DNA of 64,000 nucleotides from Schmidtea nova (lineage: Eukaryota): contig CM097882.1 in the NCBI GenBank assembly GCA_044892505.1, forward strand, positions 363,320,001 to 363,384,000, in the 5' to 3' direction. The notes under the pieces are model-generated. The model was not told the DNA's origin. It saw only the letters and a list, made by a program, of their open reading frames with translations, and made no database searches. The position numbers were made by a program, and so were the translations under genes. Shown here one piece after another: positions 1 to 14,100 of this stretch. The stretch's first letter is position 1, and the number at the start of each line of letters is the position of its first letter.

Positions 1-284
1 GGAAGGATAATTTGTTTGGATGTAGAGATAATTGTAGAAATAATTTGGTTTGATTTTGTAGGAATTAACTGATAAAACTTCCTTTGGATGAGTTGTCCTC
101 TTTTAACTCTTAATTCGTTTCTCTCTCCTTAGTCTTCTTTTATTTTCAACCACCAATTCTCTTATTCTCTCTATTGTCCTTATACTTCGGTTTCTATTTT
201 TCAGTTTATTTCTTCAGCCACTTTTTGATCTCCAATTTATATTTTTAAATTTCTATCCAAGCTTTCTTTTGTCTTATTTATAAA

Positions 285-490
285 TTTTTTTATCGATTAT
301 TTTTATTTGTCATTTGGCTTACTATAGCATTTGCCATAGTAAGCCAAATTCAAATTTTGAATTAAAATTATTATAAAAATGATAATTTTCCTGCACGCAA
401 ATAACAGGGGGTCCTCGGTGACCACGAAGGCACCGACCATAATAATGACGGCGCTAACAACATAATATAAAAATAATAAAAATGACAATT
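285..490 (-). repeat. Dispersed repeat family, copy 1 (17-bp-arm palindrome at 312-349)
   Basis: Reverse complement matches about 21020-21200 and 10960-11290, including ATTTGGCTTACTATAGC-N4-GCYATAGTAAGCCAAAT and a GC-rich GGTCACCGAGGACCCC block. Confidence 0.8.
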
Positions 491-1576
491 GTTATCCACC
501 ATTTTTGTGCATTACACGTGTTATTTATTAAAATTCTTATTTTAATATTGTCACATTTTCTCATAAACTAATATCATAACATTGTTATTTGTTATCATAA
601 TTATCTTTTTGTTTATCTTTTTTGATCTTTCTTTAATATTAATATCAATAATTCCCATAATGGATAACTATAGATCAAAATTTCTTTAAATAGGTACACG
701 ATATTTCTGCACAGCATTTATATTTCTTATTTAAACCACTTCCATAAATTTTGAAGTCAGTCCAACTCATGAGCTGTGATGATGGAAGTAGCCTGAGTAG
801 ATCGCTGTCCAGTTGAGACCCGTCAACGAGCCAGCCAATATTTCTATCAAAGGTGAAGCCCACTCATCCATGGTCACTTCATTTCATACGTAAGTGTTGT
901 ATTTTATGTTATCAAACAATAGTATGATAATAATATTTCATGCATGGGATAATCTGTTGTGTAATGATATTTCTTAAATGCTATATTTTATATGTGTGAT
1001 GAATCTCTATATATTTTCTATTTTATTAAACTATAGTAAGATGGAATTTTATGTATCTATGTATGTTTGTATTTTTGATATTTTGTGTGTATATTTTTCA
1101 CTATAGTATGGTGATATTTTGTATGTGTGTGATGAATTTAAATGTATTTTGTGTGTACTTTTGATAATATTTCCTATACGTGATTTTTTTGTCTGTGAAT
1201 TTCTATGCAATTTTGATATTTTGTGTGTATTTTTGATGAACTTCTATGTTATCAAGCTATAGTATTTATCATAGTGACAGAACCTTGCTAACAGAACATC
1301 TTTTGTGATGGTTTTTATAGCCAAAGCTTCATACTCGAATATATTTCTAATAACAAATATACTGATACCTAATTTTTTAATGTCCTTATCATCATTTCAA
1401 TGTAACAATTTAGCAACACTTTCAATCATTGATTGGACACTAAAATGTTTGGTTATTAAAATGGTTGATTTGTGCAATATAAATACAACTTGTAAATAGT
1501 ATTGATTGACGTAAATGAATAATGAAACAAATAAAGTTTGCTTTAAATATATTTAAATTAATTATTTTAACCTAGG

Positions 1577-2009
1577 TTACAGATAATTTCATTACTTTGG
1601 AAAATTGGAGCCAATTATTTTCAATAATTGATGACCTTTTAAATAGATTAAGAAATGCTTTAATAATAGATTAATTATTGGTTTCACAGACTCTTTCGAA
1701 TATGATAAATCTATGATGAAATTATCCAGTTTTATTATGATTCGTAATGATAGCTATTCTACAGAATTCAATATGAATACCATTTTCTGGTCATGCATGG
1801 AATTTCGACTTGGAAAATACCGTACTCTTATTCGAACTTTCATGCTGAATGTGGATATTTTAGAGGTAAATGTCAACAATTAATTGGAAGAAACCAAACA
1901 AAGATTTCTCACATGTTCAATATGTAATATCAATAGAATATCCATTTGTTCAAAATGTTTAAAAAACATTAGTAAGTGTGAATCTTGTGGTATAAATAGT
2001 GATTTCTAA
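1577..2009 (+). pseudogene. Decayed ORF ending in a Cys-rich zinc-finger-like motif
   Basis: One frame reads ..FLTCSICNINRISICSKCLKNISKCESCGINSDF*; upstream part interrupted by a stop and a frameshift; possible CCTAG acceptor at the start. Confidence 0.3.
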
Positions 2010-2109
2010 AAAATCCAGATTTCAAAATGATGTGTCGTGCTTAATATATTTGATATTTTCAGAAAATAATAGAAATAAATAGAAAATTACACCTAAAATA
2101 ATATTTAGA

Positions 2110-4030
2110 ATTTATATTATGGTTTAATCAGGTGAAATAAATGAAATTACGAGGAATGCTATTGAAGTCCTTCAATGTGAGAAAATCTGACAGAAATCTG
2201 TAATCAACTTAAAATACCAAAGGCTGTACATGATACATTAACATAATTAAAAATTCATACGACATTAACAAGTTTGCCACGAATAGGTCAACTTAGAAAG
2301 ACAACTAAACGAATTGACACCAAAATTTTACTTTATATGAAATTGTTTAATGTTCAATAGCCACGAATATTTTAAAACAGTTAGCTAAAATAGCGATACA
2401 TGCTGAAATTAATGGATTTAAAATAAATTAATGGATTTAAAAAATTTAAAAATTAAATCGCGTTTGAATCCCGTTTACCATTATCAGCACTCGACAAATT
2501 ATTCTATAAGCTTAGTTTCAATTTGGAGATGCTTAACATTAGTAATGACTTAACTATTGATCTTAATTGTGTGAGTAAGTGGACATCAATAATACGGGAT
2601 AGTGTGATAGCGTATTTTGAAAAACACAAAGCTAAATTAGGAGGCTTCAACGAGGATGGCTTATGCAAAACAATCGAAATGGATGAGAGTTTATTTTTCA
2701 AGAGGAAATATAATCGAGCATCATTCGGAGTGGGAGATGGTTTGTAGGTGGCGTAGAAAGAGGATCGTCAAAATGCTTCATTGTACCAATAGCTAATCGA
2801 AGCGCTGTGACGATGAGAAATTTATAATGGAAAACGTAAATTGTGGTACACGCATAATCACGGATGAATGGAGAGCTTGTGGAGCTGCCATACGGAATTT
2901 GCAGTATTTTGAACATGAATCAATCAATCACAGCATCCATTTTGTTGATCCGGAAAATCCGGATATTAACACACAGTCGATTGAGAGTTTGTGGTCACAT
3001 GCAAAATATGCATTAAGGAAAAAAACGGAATAAATAAGGAGAAAGAGTTTGATCACTTGATTAAATTCATGTGGGAGCGTGGCGTTGAGAAGTGTAAAAG
3101 ATTCAACGAAATAGTATTGATGTTTTCCTCACTGAAGTATTAGCAAAAAGTTGAATAAATATGTTAAAAATTTGTGTATGAATCTTTTCTGCTGATAAAA
3201 AGATTTTTTTGTATTGCCATATATTATTTATAAACTTAGTGTTTTATTTTTAATTTTTAAATTTTTTAAATACATTAATTTATTTTAAATCCATTAATTT
3301 CAGCATGTACTAAAATAGCTTTAGGAGATATTTCACCAAGAACAGGTTAAGATATAGTAAATGAATATAATTTATAATGTAGATTATTAGTTACAAGACC
3401 TTTTCTTCAAAGAAGACAAATTAAAGCAAAAATAGATTTTGCAAAAAATTTTCAAACTTGGACAGTAAATGATCGAAAAATTATAATATAGTTAGATGAA
3501 ACAAAACTATGCTTGCACGGTAGTGATGGGAAATGTTTTGAGAACCCCTTAAATCTTGAAATAAGAAACAGATTATAAATTATGATAATAGTTTGGGTCC
3601 TTTTCAATAGGCATGGAATTAATGATTTTCACATAATTAATGACGGTCTTACAGCTACTAAGAATATCATGATCCTTTCAGATCATATGATACCATCTAC
3701 AAAACGCTTAATTGAGATGAACTTCATATTTCAACAAGATAACTACCCAAATTCTGCTAAAAATGCCAAAGAATGGTACAAAGTAAAATATAGCTGCTCT
3801 TACGTAGTCAGTTCAAACTCATAACCTGAATCCAATTAAAAACCTATGCTTTCTTCCTTAAAATGAAAGGCATTATTGTATTAAAAATATTAGATTGTAG
3901 TAAAATATTAAAGATTTATTCATTATTAGGATTCAAGAATTCTATTACTCCTGATTATTGTAATAAACTGGTTGAATCAATACCAAAATGAATTTATGAT
4001 ATCATAAGTTCTAAAAACTTATTAATAATG
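2110..4030 (+). mobile_element. Tc1-like transposon remnant, split by a Merlin insertion
   Basis: Fragments HGSDGK, FIFQQDN and NLNPIKNL (degenerate QQDNDPKH and SPDLNPIENLW motifs) with many stops; boundaries approximate. Confidence 0.6.
2395..3310 (+). mobile_element. Merlin (IS1595/ISXO2-like) DNA transposon with frameshifted transposase
   Basis: About 38-bp TIRs (TACATGCTGAAATTAATGGATTT..), flanking 8-9 bp direct repeat (T)AAAATAGC; ORF pieces IEMDESLFFKRKYNR, RIITDEWRA, INHSIHFVDP, NTQSIESLW. Confidence 0.88.
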
Positions 4031-4076
4031 AATAAAACTATTTGTTTTTAATGTGAAAAGTTAAAATAAATGGTAT

Positions 4077-4499
4077 ACATTTATATCCGAGCGCGCACAA
4101 CCGCACAAAAACAAAACCACAAATTTATGAAATATCAATAACATAAAAATATAGAAAATAACTTTACACCGTTAATCTTTTAATTAGGCTAAATACTTTA
4201 TTACTTTTTTTTAATTGACATCAATTTAAATTAGACTAATTTGATTTTAATGCAACGTTATGGTTTATTAATTTTAATTTAATGTCTTGTATAAATTCAG
4301 CTGTCCTTTATAATTAACCTCAGTAAGGGGGCAATAATACCATATAGCCCAGTTTATTTAATATTGTATATTTTTGAAAAAAATCAGTTACGACTATATA
4401 TTTATGGTATTGATATTTCATAAGTTCGCGGTTTTTAACAACGCGGTTATGTTTTCGCCGTTTCTAACGGCACGGTTGTGCGCGCGCGGATATAAATGT
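4077..4499. mobile_element. Non-autonomous inverted-repeat element (MITE-like)
   Basis: ACATTTATATCCGAGCGCGCACAACCG at the left and its near-perfect reverse complement at the right; no clear TSD. Confidence 0.5.
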
Positions 4500-4923
4500 T
4501 TTCGAAATAAATTAATATTTCATAAAGCAGTCATATACTTTTTCCTTGATAAAAATTAGAGTTGTTTTTAAATCTATCGCACACAGAAAAATTATGTAAG
4601 TAATATTGCTTATATCAATAATATTTTGTGTTCTATATAAAGAAATGATAATTGAAATAATTAAACCGCATTACTTCTAAATAATTTTAAAAACTAAGTG
4701 GTTAGACAATTTTTTCTGTGAGCAGTGAAGCTAAGTCACCAAAGAAAAAGTTTAGTCGTTATTCTTTTTCGTGAATTAAATGAAATTTCTTTTTTTTTAA
4801 ATAATTTTTAATTTTTAAACCAAAACATTCAAATCCAATATATAATCTTTCGAAATCTAAAAAAAATATTTATTGTTATTTTCAAACTTAAATATATCAT
4901 TGACAATTGTAAGTATTTGATTT

Positions 4924-5130
4924 TCATCCGCATTCAGTCAAGGCCCATCGCTTTTCTTGTTCTATTTGTTTGCTTGTGATTTCTAATTTCGATCTTGAAA
5001 ATTCATCGACATGCAAATTTTCAACAATGTACCATTTCCCCCTCCTAATCGTGACGGGGAAACTGAAGAATACATCATGTGGGGCATCATATTGACCCTT
5101 ACTATAAACTATCATGTTTATCCAATCAGT
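4924..5130 (-). CDS. MDH1: MDH1-like exon 6 (C-terminus)
   Basis: [39 protein letters not shown]..; TTTACAG acceptor; ends in TGA. Confidence 0.88.
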   Translation of the reverse strand, partial: TDWINMIVYSKGQYDAPHDVFFSFPVTIRRGKWYIVENLHVDEFSRSKLEITSKQIEQEKRWALTECG

Positions 5131-8100
5131 CTGTAAAGAATCAGTTTCAATTTAAATAATTATAAATTTGTATAAACTTTTGTATTTATTTAAATATTTT
5201 AGTTTCTAAATCTTTCATCTTTTTTTAGTATTTCATTTAATTTCATTTTATAGATCAAAATTTGTAAAAAATTCAAAATATTTTGATCATTAGCCGGACA
5301 GAATGAAAATGATATAAATTATGTGCTGTTATTCATTATATTTAAATTTTACTATTTATTTGATTCGTTTAAAATATGATAAATATTTCTATTATTTGTA
5401 TTATCATTATCATTATTAGTTTCTAAAACATTTATATTTTTATTATCCATATATATTTGGTAAAATTTTATTTAAAGAACAATATTAATATAATTTGTTT
5501 GCTAAATACTTTTTTCAAAAGTCTTTACAATAATATTTACTTGAAAATTATATATTCTAAAAGGATTTTAAATAATTTACTATGGAGAAATATTTATTAC
5601 TTAGAATTTAATTAAATACATAACATTCGTTTATCCAACCTGTTAGATGTATTTTTAGATAGTTCTAGATTACGTGGTGCGCCCAATAAGTAGTGAGACT
5701 AAAATAGAAAGACTTAAGATATCAACACAAAACTTTGTATTTAGAACAAGCATGGTAAATAGGCATCATTTCTCAAAATAATTTCCTTCTGCACTGACAC
5801 AATTTTCCCAGCAAATAACGAGGTTTTCGAAGGCGTTTTTGAAGAATTCTGAAGGCTTTTCTCCCAGAAAACTCTCCACGGATGCTCTCAAATCATGTTT
5901 GTTGGCAAACACCTGGCCCCGCAGATGTTTCTTAAGATGGTTAAACAGGAAAAAATCGGAGGGAGCCAAATCAGGGCTGTATGGTGGATGGGGAAGCTAA
6001 TTGAGCCCGCAACGCTCAATTTCGGCCATGGAAACGCTGCTGGTGTGGATGGAAGCATTATCGTGTAAAAAATAGAGATCACACACTCTGCTCTTGCGCC
6101 GTGCCTTCCTTGCTTGCTGCACGATGTTGGAGTAGTAAGAACTTTTGATCTTCACGCCGGATTCAGCAAAGTCAGTCAGAATAATGCCATTGGCGTCCCA
6201 AAACACCGTCAGCATGAAAACCTTTCGGTGGCAAGTTGAGGACCGCATTTTTAGTGAGCTGATTTCTCTCTTTTAGATTTGGGGACATAAAGGGACAACT
6301 GTGTCTCGTCCACAGTGATGATATTATCAATGAAACGGTCTCCAACATTAGTCCTGATCTGCAGATTCTCCAAGCAGCATTCCATGCGTCGTTGTCGCCT
6401 TTCCACCGTTAAGAAGCGTGGCACAAAACGGGAACATAGTTTTCGAATACCACTTTCAGTGAGGAGTATGCACAATGCCTTTGCTCACATTTAGACGGGT
6501 TGTGAGCTCTCTCGTCGTTATTTTTCTCTCGTTTTGCACGATTGTCTGCAGCTTTTGCGTTATTTTTTCATCAATTTCTGAGGGTCTTCCAGATCTTTCT
6601 TCGTCCACCACGGAGGTTCTACCTCTCTGAAAGTAATTGAACCAACGATAAATTGTTGCTGTGGATGGGCACTCTTGTTGGTAAACAGCTTTCAGTTCAC
6701 AAAGAACCTTTTCTCTATTTCTTCCTTTCAGAAAGAGAAAGCGAATAACGCTACGGTATTGAATAGTTTTCAGAGGCATTTTTGAATGTTCGCAAAAATA
6801 TACTTAAACAATAATGGATTATAAAAACAAAATACATTTTCTTTACCTATATATGTTGAAGTTTAAATATGTCTGTATCAATATTTTTACTATTATTATT
6901 TTTATATTAGTCTCACGACTTATTATGCGCACCACGTATGTTGGGTATTTAATCAATTAGTCGGTATTATTTATCTGACTTCTTAATGTTCTTAAGATTG
7001 TTTTTCTTCTTAATGTTCTTTAAGATTAATTTTGTCGGACTGGTAGACGTGAGGTTCAACTTTCTTTTAATACATCCAAATTAAATTAAAAGCAGACGAC
7101 AAAATATAAGAGCCTTAAACAGGAAAATAACACGAAAATATATAGAATATTAAAGCATAAAAAGTAGTAATACGAACCGCATTTCATAAGTCGATCGAGT
7201 TAGGGAGAAAACGATACAAAATAATGCATCTGAAAAGAGAGCAAACGATTTCAGTGCAGATCCAATTTACAAACGAAAGATCGCACGGGAATTGAATGAG
7301 GAAAATCATTGCTTGTATATTGAATACGAAGAAGCATGATCGGAAGATAAAATTAGTATTAAAATAAAGAGAATAATTTATTAAAATTATAAAAGAAATC
7401 CCCATTAAAATATTGTCAAAATAACTGATATAGGATAAAAAAACAGGAAATAAATTATTTAATCAATAGACATGACTAATTTAATAATATTGAATTGAAT
7501 TATATTTGTTTTAACTAAATAATTTAATCGTTGGACAAAGTGAAAATTTAATGACTCAAATAATTTTAGAAGTTTTAGTAGTTTTGGCAGCGAAGCTCAT
7601 CTGCTCACTGGATTCTCGACACCGTATACATTACCAACATAGTTTTCTAAGGAGTAACTATGGGTACATGGGTGAGGTATTAACAATATTCATGATGGTA
7701 TGTGGGTTTCAGTAATCCCTAGAAACACAACTTTTAATAGCCTATATACCAAAAATATTTTATTTTTTTCCTCTGCCAATTTTCTCTTAATTTTATTTTA
7801 CCATTTTTGGATTCGTTTCACAATTCGGCATACACCGATACCGATTTCTCCCGCTAAATCTATATTTTTAATTAATTTCAATGATTTAATTATTACTTTT
7901 AAAATGTTTATACTTTTATTAATTTTCCATCAAGTTTTGTTTTTTTCTTTTTCTTTTAGAGCTTCTTTTATTCAACCCCAACAAATTATATTCATTGAAT
8001 GTCATAATTCAAAAAATGTATTATTTCAAAAATTTATTAATATCATTAGTATACTTAACATTTAAAATTTAAATAATTCCCAATTAGAATTTTCACAATT

Positions 8101-11100
8101 TCTCTTTCTAAATGTTTTATGAAGTTTGACTTTTATTGTCAATTGACATTTTTTTGTTTTTTAAAATTTTCTTAAATCTAGTTTTTTACGATTTGGTAAA
8201 TTTGATTTAATCTTAAAATTTTCAGCTCGACTTGTGTTGTAAAGTTAAAACAAATTTTAGTAAATTTTAAAATTTCTAAATTCCACAATTATAGTCAACA
8301 AAACCAATTTATTGTTAGCATTCAAAGATAATATGAACAAAACATTAAACAATGCAATTGAAAATTATACATATTAAAGCCCATTATTTTAATTGCTATT
8401 AGTTTCGTAAAACCATAAACATTACTGCAACTATCTTTTTAGTATTCATTAAAAATCACACAGCTATAACCCATTTCCAGTCAACATTATCGTACTTAGC
8501 ATTAAAATTATAATTGAAAGATAAATATGACTTAAATAATTATTTACTAACTAAGTTTTAAAATCACATACAACCTGTGACATTCAGGAACCTACCAAAA
8601 GCAGTACTACTAGATAAGATCATAAAACTGATCTACAAATGGGGATCACGAAAGAAAATGGGTTTATAAGAAGCACTGTCGAGACAAGTTAGAACAAGCG
8701 TTTTAGTGTATTGAGCATGTTAATTCTTTAGTTGAACAAAAACTTTATATGCCCGTAGCAGTACTAGGGTTATAAGAGTTACATTCTTTGATAAAGGTTA
8801 TAATTATAATTATTAATTTACATATTAGATTTATGAAATGTATAATAAGAATACTTTCATCAATCTATGTCGTGTACAAAAAACGAATACAAAGAGAGTA
8901 ATGATATGCCATAACAATGGCGTAGCTAGGGTTGGTCTCACCAGGTGCGGTAAGCCCATGGTGTCACCCCTCTCTATAAACTTTGACCATGGAATCTTCA
9001 GAGTGTTTCACTGTTCTTGTATTCTTGTATTTTTTCCATTTTGGTGTCACCCCTGTGATGTGGTTACCCGGTGCGGCCAGCACCCCCGCACCCCCTAGCC
9101 ACGCCTCTGTGTCATAATAAAGAAAAGAAAGTGAAGTTGTAAAAGATTTTATAGACGTCGATATTTTAAATAATAGAAATTAAAGGTTCTGAATTTTTTT
9201 GTAATTTTAAAGTATAAATTTTCATATTTTCAATATTTTCATAAAAAACTCCTTATCACCTATCACAATTGATTGCACCCCATGCTTAATATGCAGTTTA
9301 TTTGTATAATAATAATAAAATTTATGATATGGTGTTTTAGAGATCAGTATTTAGACGTAAGTCTAAAGGGTACCCGAAAAACATGAAATTTTGGTATAGC
9401 TCTCTTAAGAATTTTTTTTGGACCCCACCAAAATTTGTTTCATAAAACTTTATAGGTAAAAAAAATTCAGAGACTCTTCAAAAATTACCCCGAATCCCTT
9501 AATTCCCACCTATACCCCCCTAAATCTTTTATTTTATTGATTTGCTAGTTTCTCTTGACAGATTTCCAATAATTATAGCTTGTTTGATTCCGAAACATGA
9601 ACTCTACAAGTTAGCATCAAATTTTTCAAAAATATTCTAGAAACAAAAATCAAAAAAAGGAGAAAAAAATTACTTTAAAAATTAAAATAAATATTAACTG
9701 ATAAATTTAACATGTATACTTATCAAAAAAAAATAAATAAAAAAATGCAAAAGATCGAAAAACAAAAATTTCGTAATAATCACAAATTCGACAATTTATA
9801 ATAGAAAGATATTTTTTATTACTTTAAAAAGTATTGAAACTATTAGTCGATAAATTTAACATGTATTCTTATCAAATAAAAAAAAGATAAAAAAAACTTT
9901 AAAAAACAAAAAAAGAAAAAACGGAGAAAACGGGGAAAAGGAGAAGAAAAAATATATATAAAAAAGAAAAGAAAAAACTTTATATTCTATTCATAATAAT
10001 CATTATATTAATCAATAAATTATTAATCAATAAATTATTAATCAATAAATTTAATATGTATTTAGCCATGCGGGCTCACATCCCCCTACTGAGATCTAAC
10101 TTTCAAAAGACTGCCACTTTGCTGAGTGAAGGAAGATTTTCGAACAGTTATTTACAGCTCAAATGTAGTGGCATATTATGTTTCATTTGGTAAATATCTA
10201 ACCATGAAAATAAATTACATAGACACATTCTACAATTAGAGGTAAACCATGCGTGTTCATTACATTTAAAACAAAAGAAGATAAAATAAAGACATCCTGA
10301 CATGTAGAACAGAAGGTTGTAGTAACTTTACCCATTCGAATTATTTCTGATTATTAGTTGATATCACATGCTTGGCTATATTATGTAGAATATACATTGG
10401 AAATTAGACAAATAATATTAATAATACACTTACTGTCCCATTCCACATATCATATGAATGATCCATGATGGCTTTCGCTAATGACATATAATAACTAACT
10501 TTTCCAGCTCCACTGAAATTTGGATCGTCTGTTCTCGTTTGTATTGTTTTAATAAAATGATTCTTGATCCAATTATCATTTTTGATTGCGTCCTGTATTG
10601 ACATTTCTTTCGTGTCAGGCAACTTGACCATAGCATAGGAAATATCAGTAAATTTTGTATCGCTGTGATTTCCCCAAATTATAATCCGGCGTATCGTATT
10701 GCAAGGGACTCCAAGCTCAGCTGCCAACTAAGTAGAATTTATTATATTTTATAAAGTAAAAATGTCTTATTAAAATATTGACGGTGATAGATCTTTATAA
10801 ATGTGGTGGGAGTTTTATTTTGTCCGGCGGGCATGACGGAGTGTGTGGGAGGAGTTCAGGATGCAAAGACGATGAACCAATATGTTAATAGTCGTCCATG
10901 TGAATGTCATATTTTATGGTCTAATTTATTTTATGATTAGAGATATTCGTGTATTATGTTGTAAGCGCCGTCATTGGTATGGACGGCGCCCTTGCGGTCA
11001 CCGGGCCCCCCCCCCTNNNNNNNNNNNNNNNNNNNNNNNNNNNNNNNNNNNNNNNNNNNNNNNNNNNNNNNNNNNNNNNNNNNNNNNNNNNNNNNNNNNN

Positions 11101-14100
11101 NNNNNNNNNNNNNNNNNNNNNNNNNNNNNNNNNNNNNNNNNNNNNNNNNNNNNNNNNNNNNNNNNNNNNNNNNNNNNNNNNNNNNNNNNNNNNNNNNNNN
11201 NNNNNNNNNNNNNNNNNNNNNNNNNNNNNATTCGAAATTCGAATTTGGCTTGCTATAGCAAACGCTATAGTAAGCCAAATCGACAGAATTAAAAAAATAG
11301 ATTTTAAAAAAATAGAATAATTATCTGAATAATCTGAAGAATAATCTGAATAATAGAAGAATAATCTTAATAATCTTAATAGAAGAATAATCTGAAGAAT
11401 AATCTGAATAATAGAATAATAATCTGAATAATCTGAATAGAAGAATAATCTGAAGAATTATCTGAACAATAACATTATCGTTCTCAGGTCAAGTTCCCCT
11501 CTATAAAATATAGCGATATCAACCGATAAACAATTCCAGAAAGATCAAGCAACGATTATCAGAATAATAACATTATTGCACTTGAGACAAGTTCACTCTA
11601 TTCTAATATAAGTTATCAGCAGTCCTTTGATTCACCTTCCTTTAGCCAGCCTCAAAATATAGTACAGGTTCAATTTGCCTTTAGTATCGCAAGATAACCG
11701 GAAGGTCCAAGGCCGAACAATCAATATAGAGACAATAGTAAAGTAATATTTTCGTGGTTTTCGGGTTATTTTTCCTTAATAAAACTTGTTTAATTAATTG
11801 AGTTATTCAGTAGTTTTTTATATTTTATATTCAGTATTTATACCTTTTACTCAATGCAATCAATTACTCAGCAAACACCCCGAGTGTCCCAACAATTAAT
11901 AGGTGACTCTCTCGGGCCCTACAACATTTCTCTGCACACACATAAATCGTAAACACGTAAACCTCCTACCCACCGAACCAAAATAACAGTCCAGTATTTT
12001 CCAGAAAATTATGGACATTTCCAATATCAATTATCAACTGAAAACTATGTGCTCATCTATTCGCAATACGCATTTAATAGCCAAAGAAGATGAAGAATTC
12101 AGTAATATTGTCCGCAATATATCTATAAATGTCTGCTCGGTTTTCTTTCCCTAATTTCTTCAAATTTCTCAAAAACATGATTTGGGTGTTGCTATCATAT
12201 CAAAATAAAACTAAAAAAAGAATTTTGATTATTGAAAAGAAAAAAATGAGTTAAATACAACTTGTTAAAAAAACACTTAGTTTATAAAAAAAATATCTTT
12301 TATTGGTACTTATTTGTTGGATTGTTTTAATAATCCAAATTTTGTTGGTGATTGGTTAATTAGTTTAAAAAGAATGCCGATTGTTAATTTAACTGAGTAA
12401 TTTGAAATTATTCAAGCGTAGTTACTAAATAAATTTTACTGGAATACATTTAATAAATATAATTTTTATTAAATAATTTTTATCCTGATTTGGTTTTCCA
12501 ATTCCATTTATCAATTACTATTCGCACTGACTCGATTTGTTTCAACAAAATTTCTAATATTGAATCTTATAAACGGTCACATTTGACTAAAATAAATTAT
12601 CATTACTTTTTTCAAAATTTCATTTATTCTTTATTTCATATTGTTTCAGATAGATTATATCTTTAACCTTTACCTCTATAATTTAATTAACTCATAATGT
12701 GATCAAGTGATAATGGAAATAGATGGAAAATTGTTTTCTTTTTACACGATTTACAATTTGAACGTACAAATTCTAGTTTGTCGAGCAATCCGACTCTTTT
12801 GAGAAATCTATGCGACCGTAGTGGAATTCATAAATTATTAATGTGGTCCGGTACTTTTTTTATAGCTCTTCCGAGTTCTCTTATCGGCAATAAGTAGAAT
12901 TAAATTTTTGACAGCTAAGTTAAGATTCTGTACGTATTTGTGTGATTGAGGTTATTCGCGTGTTAAAGTAGTCACGAATGGTTTCTATCTATTCCATAGA
13001 CACAGATTTAGTTGCAGTATAAGGATTCCTCCAATTTTCTTCACATACGTGAGTATCTTAGAATCTTACTTGTAGTAAACTTCCGTAATTTAACTATATC
13101 AAATGTTGGATGAAAACATAAATAAAGTCACAAATTTGTTTTAATAATGCGATAACTCTAAAATCGAAAAATGCGAAAGAAGTTTATTTAAAGTCCATCA
13201 TAGATATCTAATAAATGTCCCAAAATATCAATATAATAGGCACGTACTTCACATATAAAATAACGTGCAAAACCCTAGAAAAAATATAAGAACAAGAGTA
13301 GAGCAGGAAAATAAATATTTATTAAAAAATAAATGTAAAATTAATTTAAAATATCACATAATGATATTTAAAATGACAAGTTAAAAATTAAATGTTAGGA
13401 TTAAATTGGTAAATTTACGAAATAAATAACAATAAATTGAAAATTAATAAAATTTTAAAATTATAAGAAATATAAATAAAATATTTAGGCCAAATTGAAA
13501 TTTAAAAAAAATATTTAAAATAAAAAATTTATGACCTCATAAGAGTTGTTTTAATCAACCATTTCAAAGCCAGTTCTCATCACCAAAACTGATTTCTCAC
13601 TTGTTGATTTCCACTCTACCGACTCACTTTGGGATTCAAGCAAATACATGCTGAGTGAAGTTTCGTTCTCGGTTATAAACTTTGCAAGGAAATATTCACC
13701 GTGTTGTTCCCATTGGTCTTACAGCTCTCCAATCGTCTCTCAATCATTTCGCCAATCAAGAAGCGAACTACGAACCTGTAACAGAGTTTTGTAAGACTAA
13801 AAGACTTCTGATACTTAGAAGCGTTGAGATTATTATTGCGGTAATTCAACGTTCTTCTTGGATTAATTTCTGAATTTTTCATCAACAGACGACAAATTTT
13901 CTGTTCTCGTTCTTCATTAAAATTTTAAGTTCGCCCTCCTTTGAAATCTCTAGCCCAATATTTAACAGAAGTGCTTGACAAGATATTCTTCTGGTAAGTC
14001 ACTAGCAGCAAGTCTAATTCATTCAATACTTATACCATCTCTTTTAGGTCATGTCTTATTATCTTAAATGATCCTTCATGTTGATCATAGTTTTATTACG

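Noticed and set aside
675-863. 62-aa ORF as a pPolB or host exon fragment
   Set aside because: No convincing motif or consistent splice sites
2395-3310. Bacterial IS1595 contamination or recent transfer (also 30189-31466)
   Set aside because: Both elements are inserted with TSDs into eukaryotic Tc1 and Gypsy remnants and fit the eukaryotic Merlin superfamily
10882-11320. ORFs spanning runs of X (also near 34.6, 35.2, 37.2, 45.1, 48.9, 52.6, 55.2 and 59.8 kb)
   Set aside because: They stay open only because N gaps contain no stop codons
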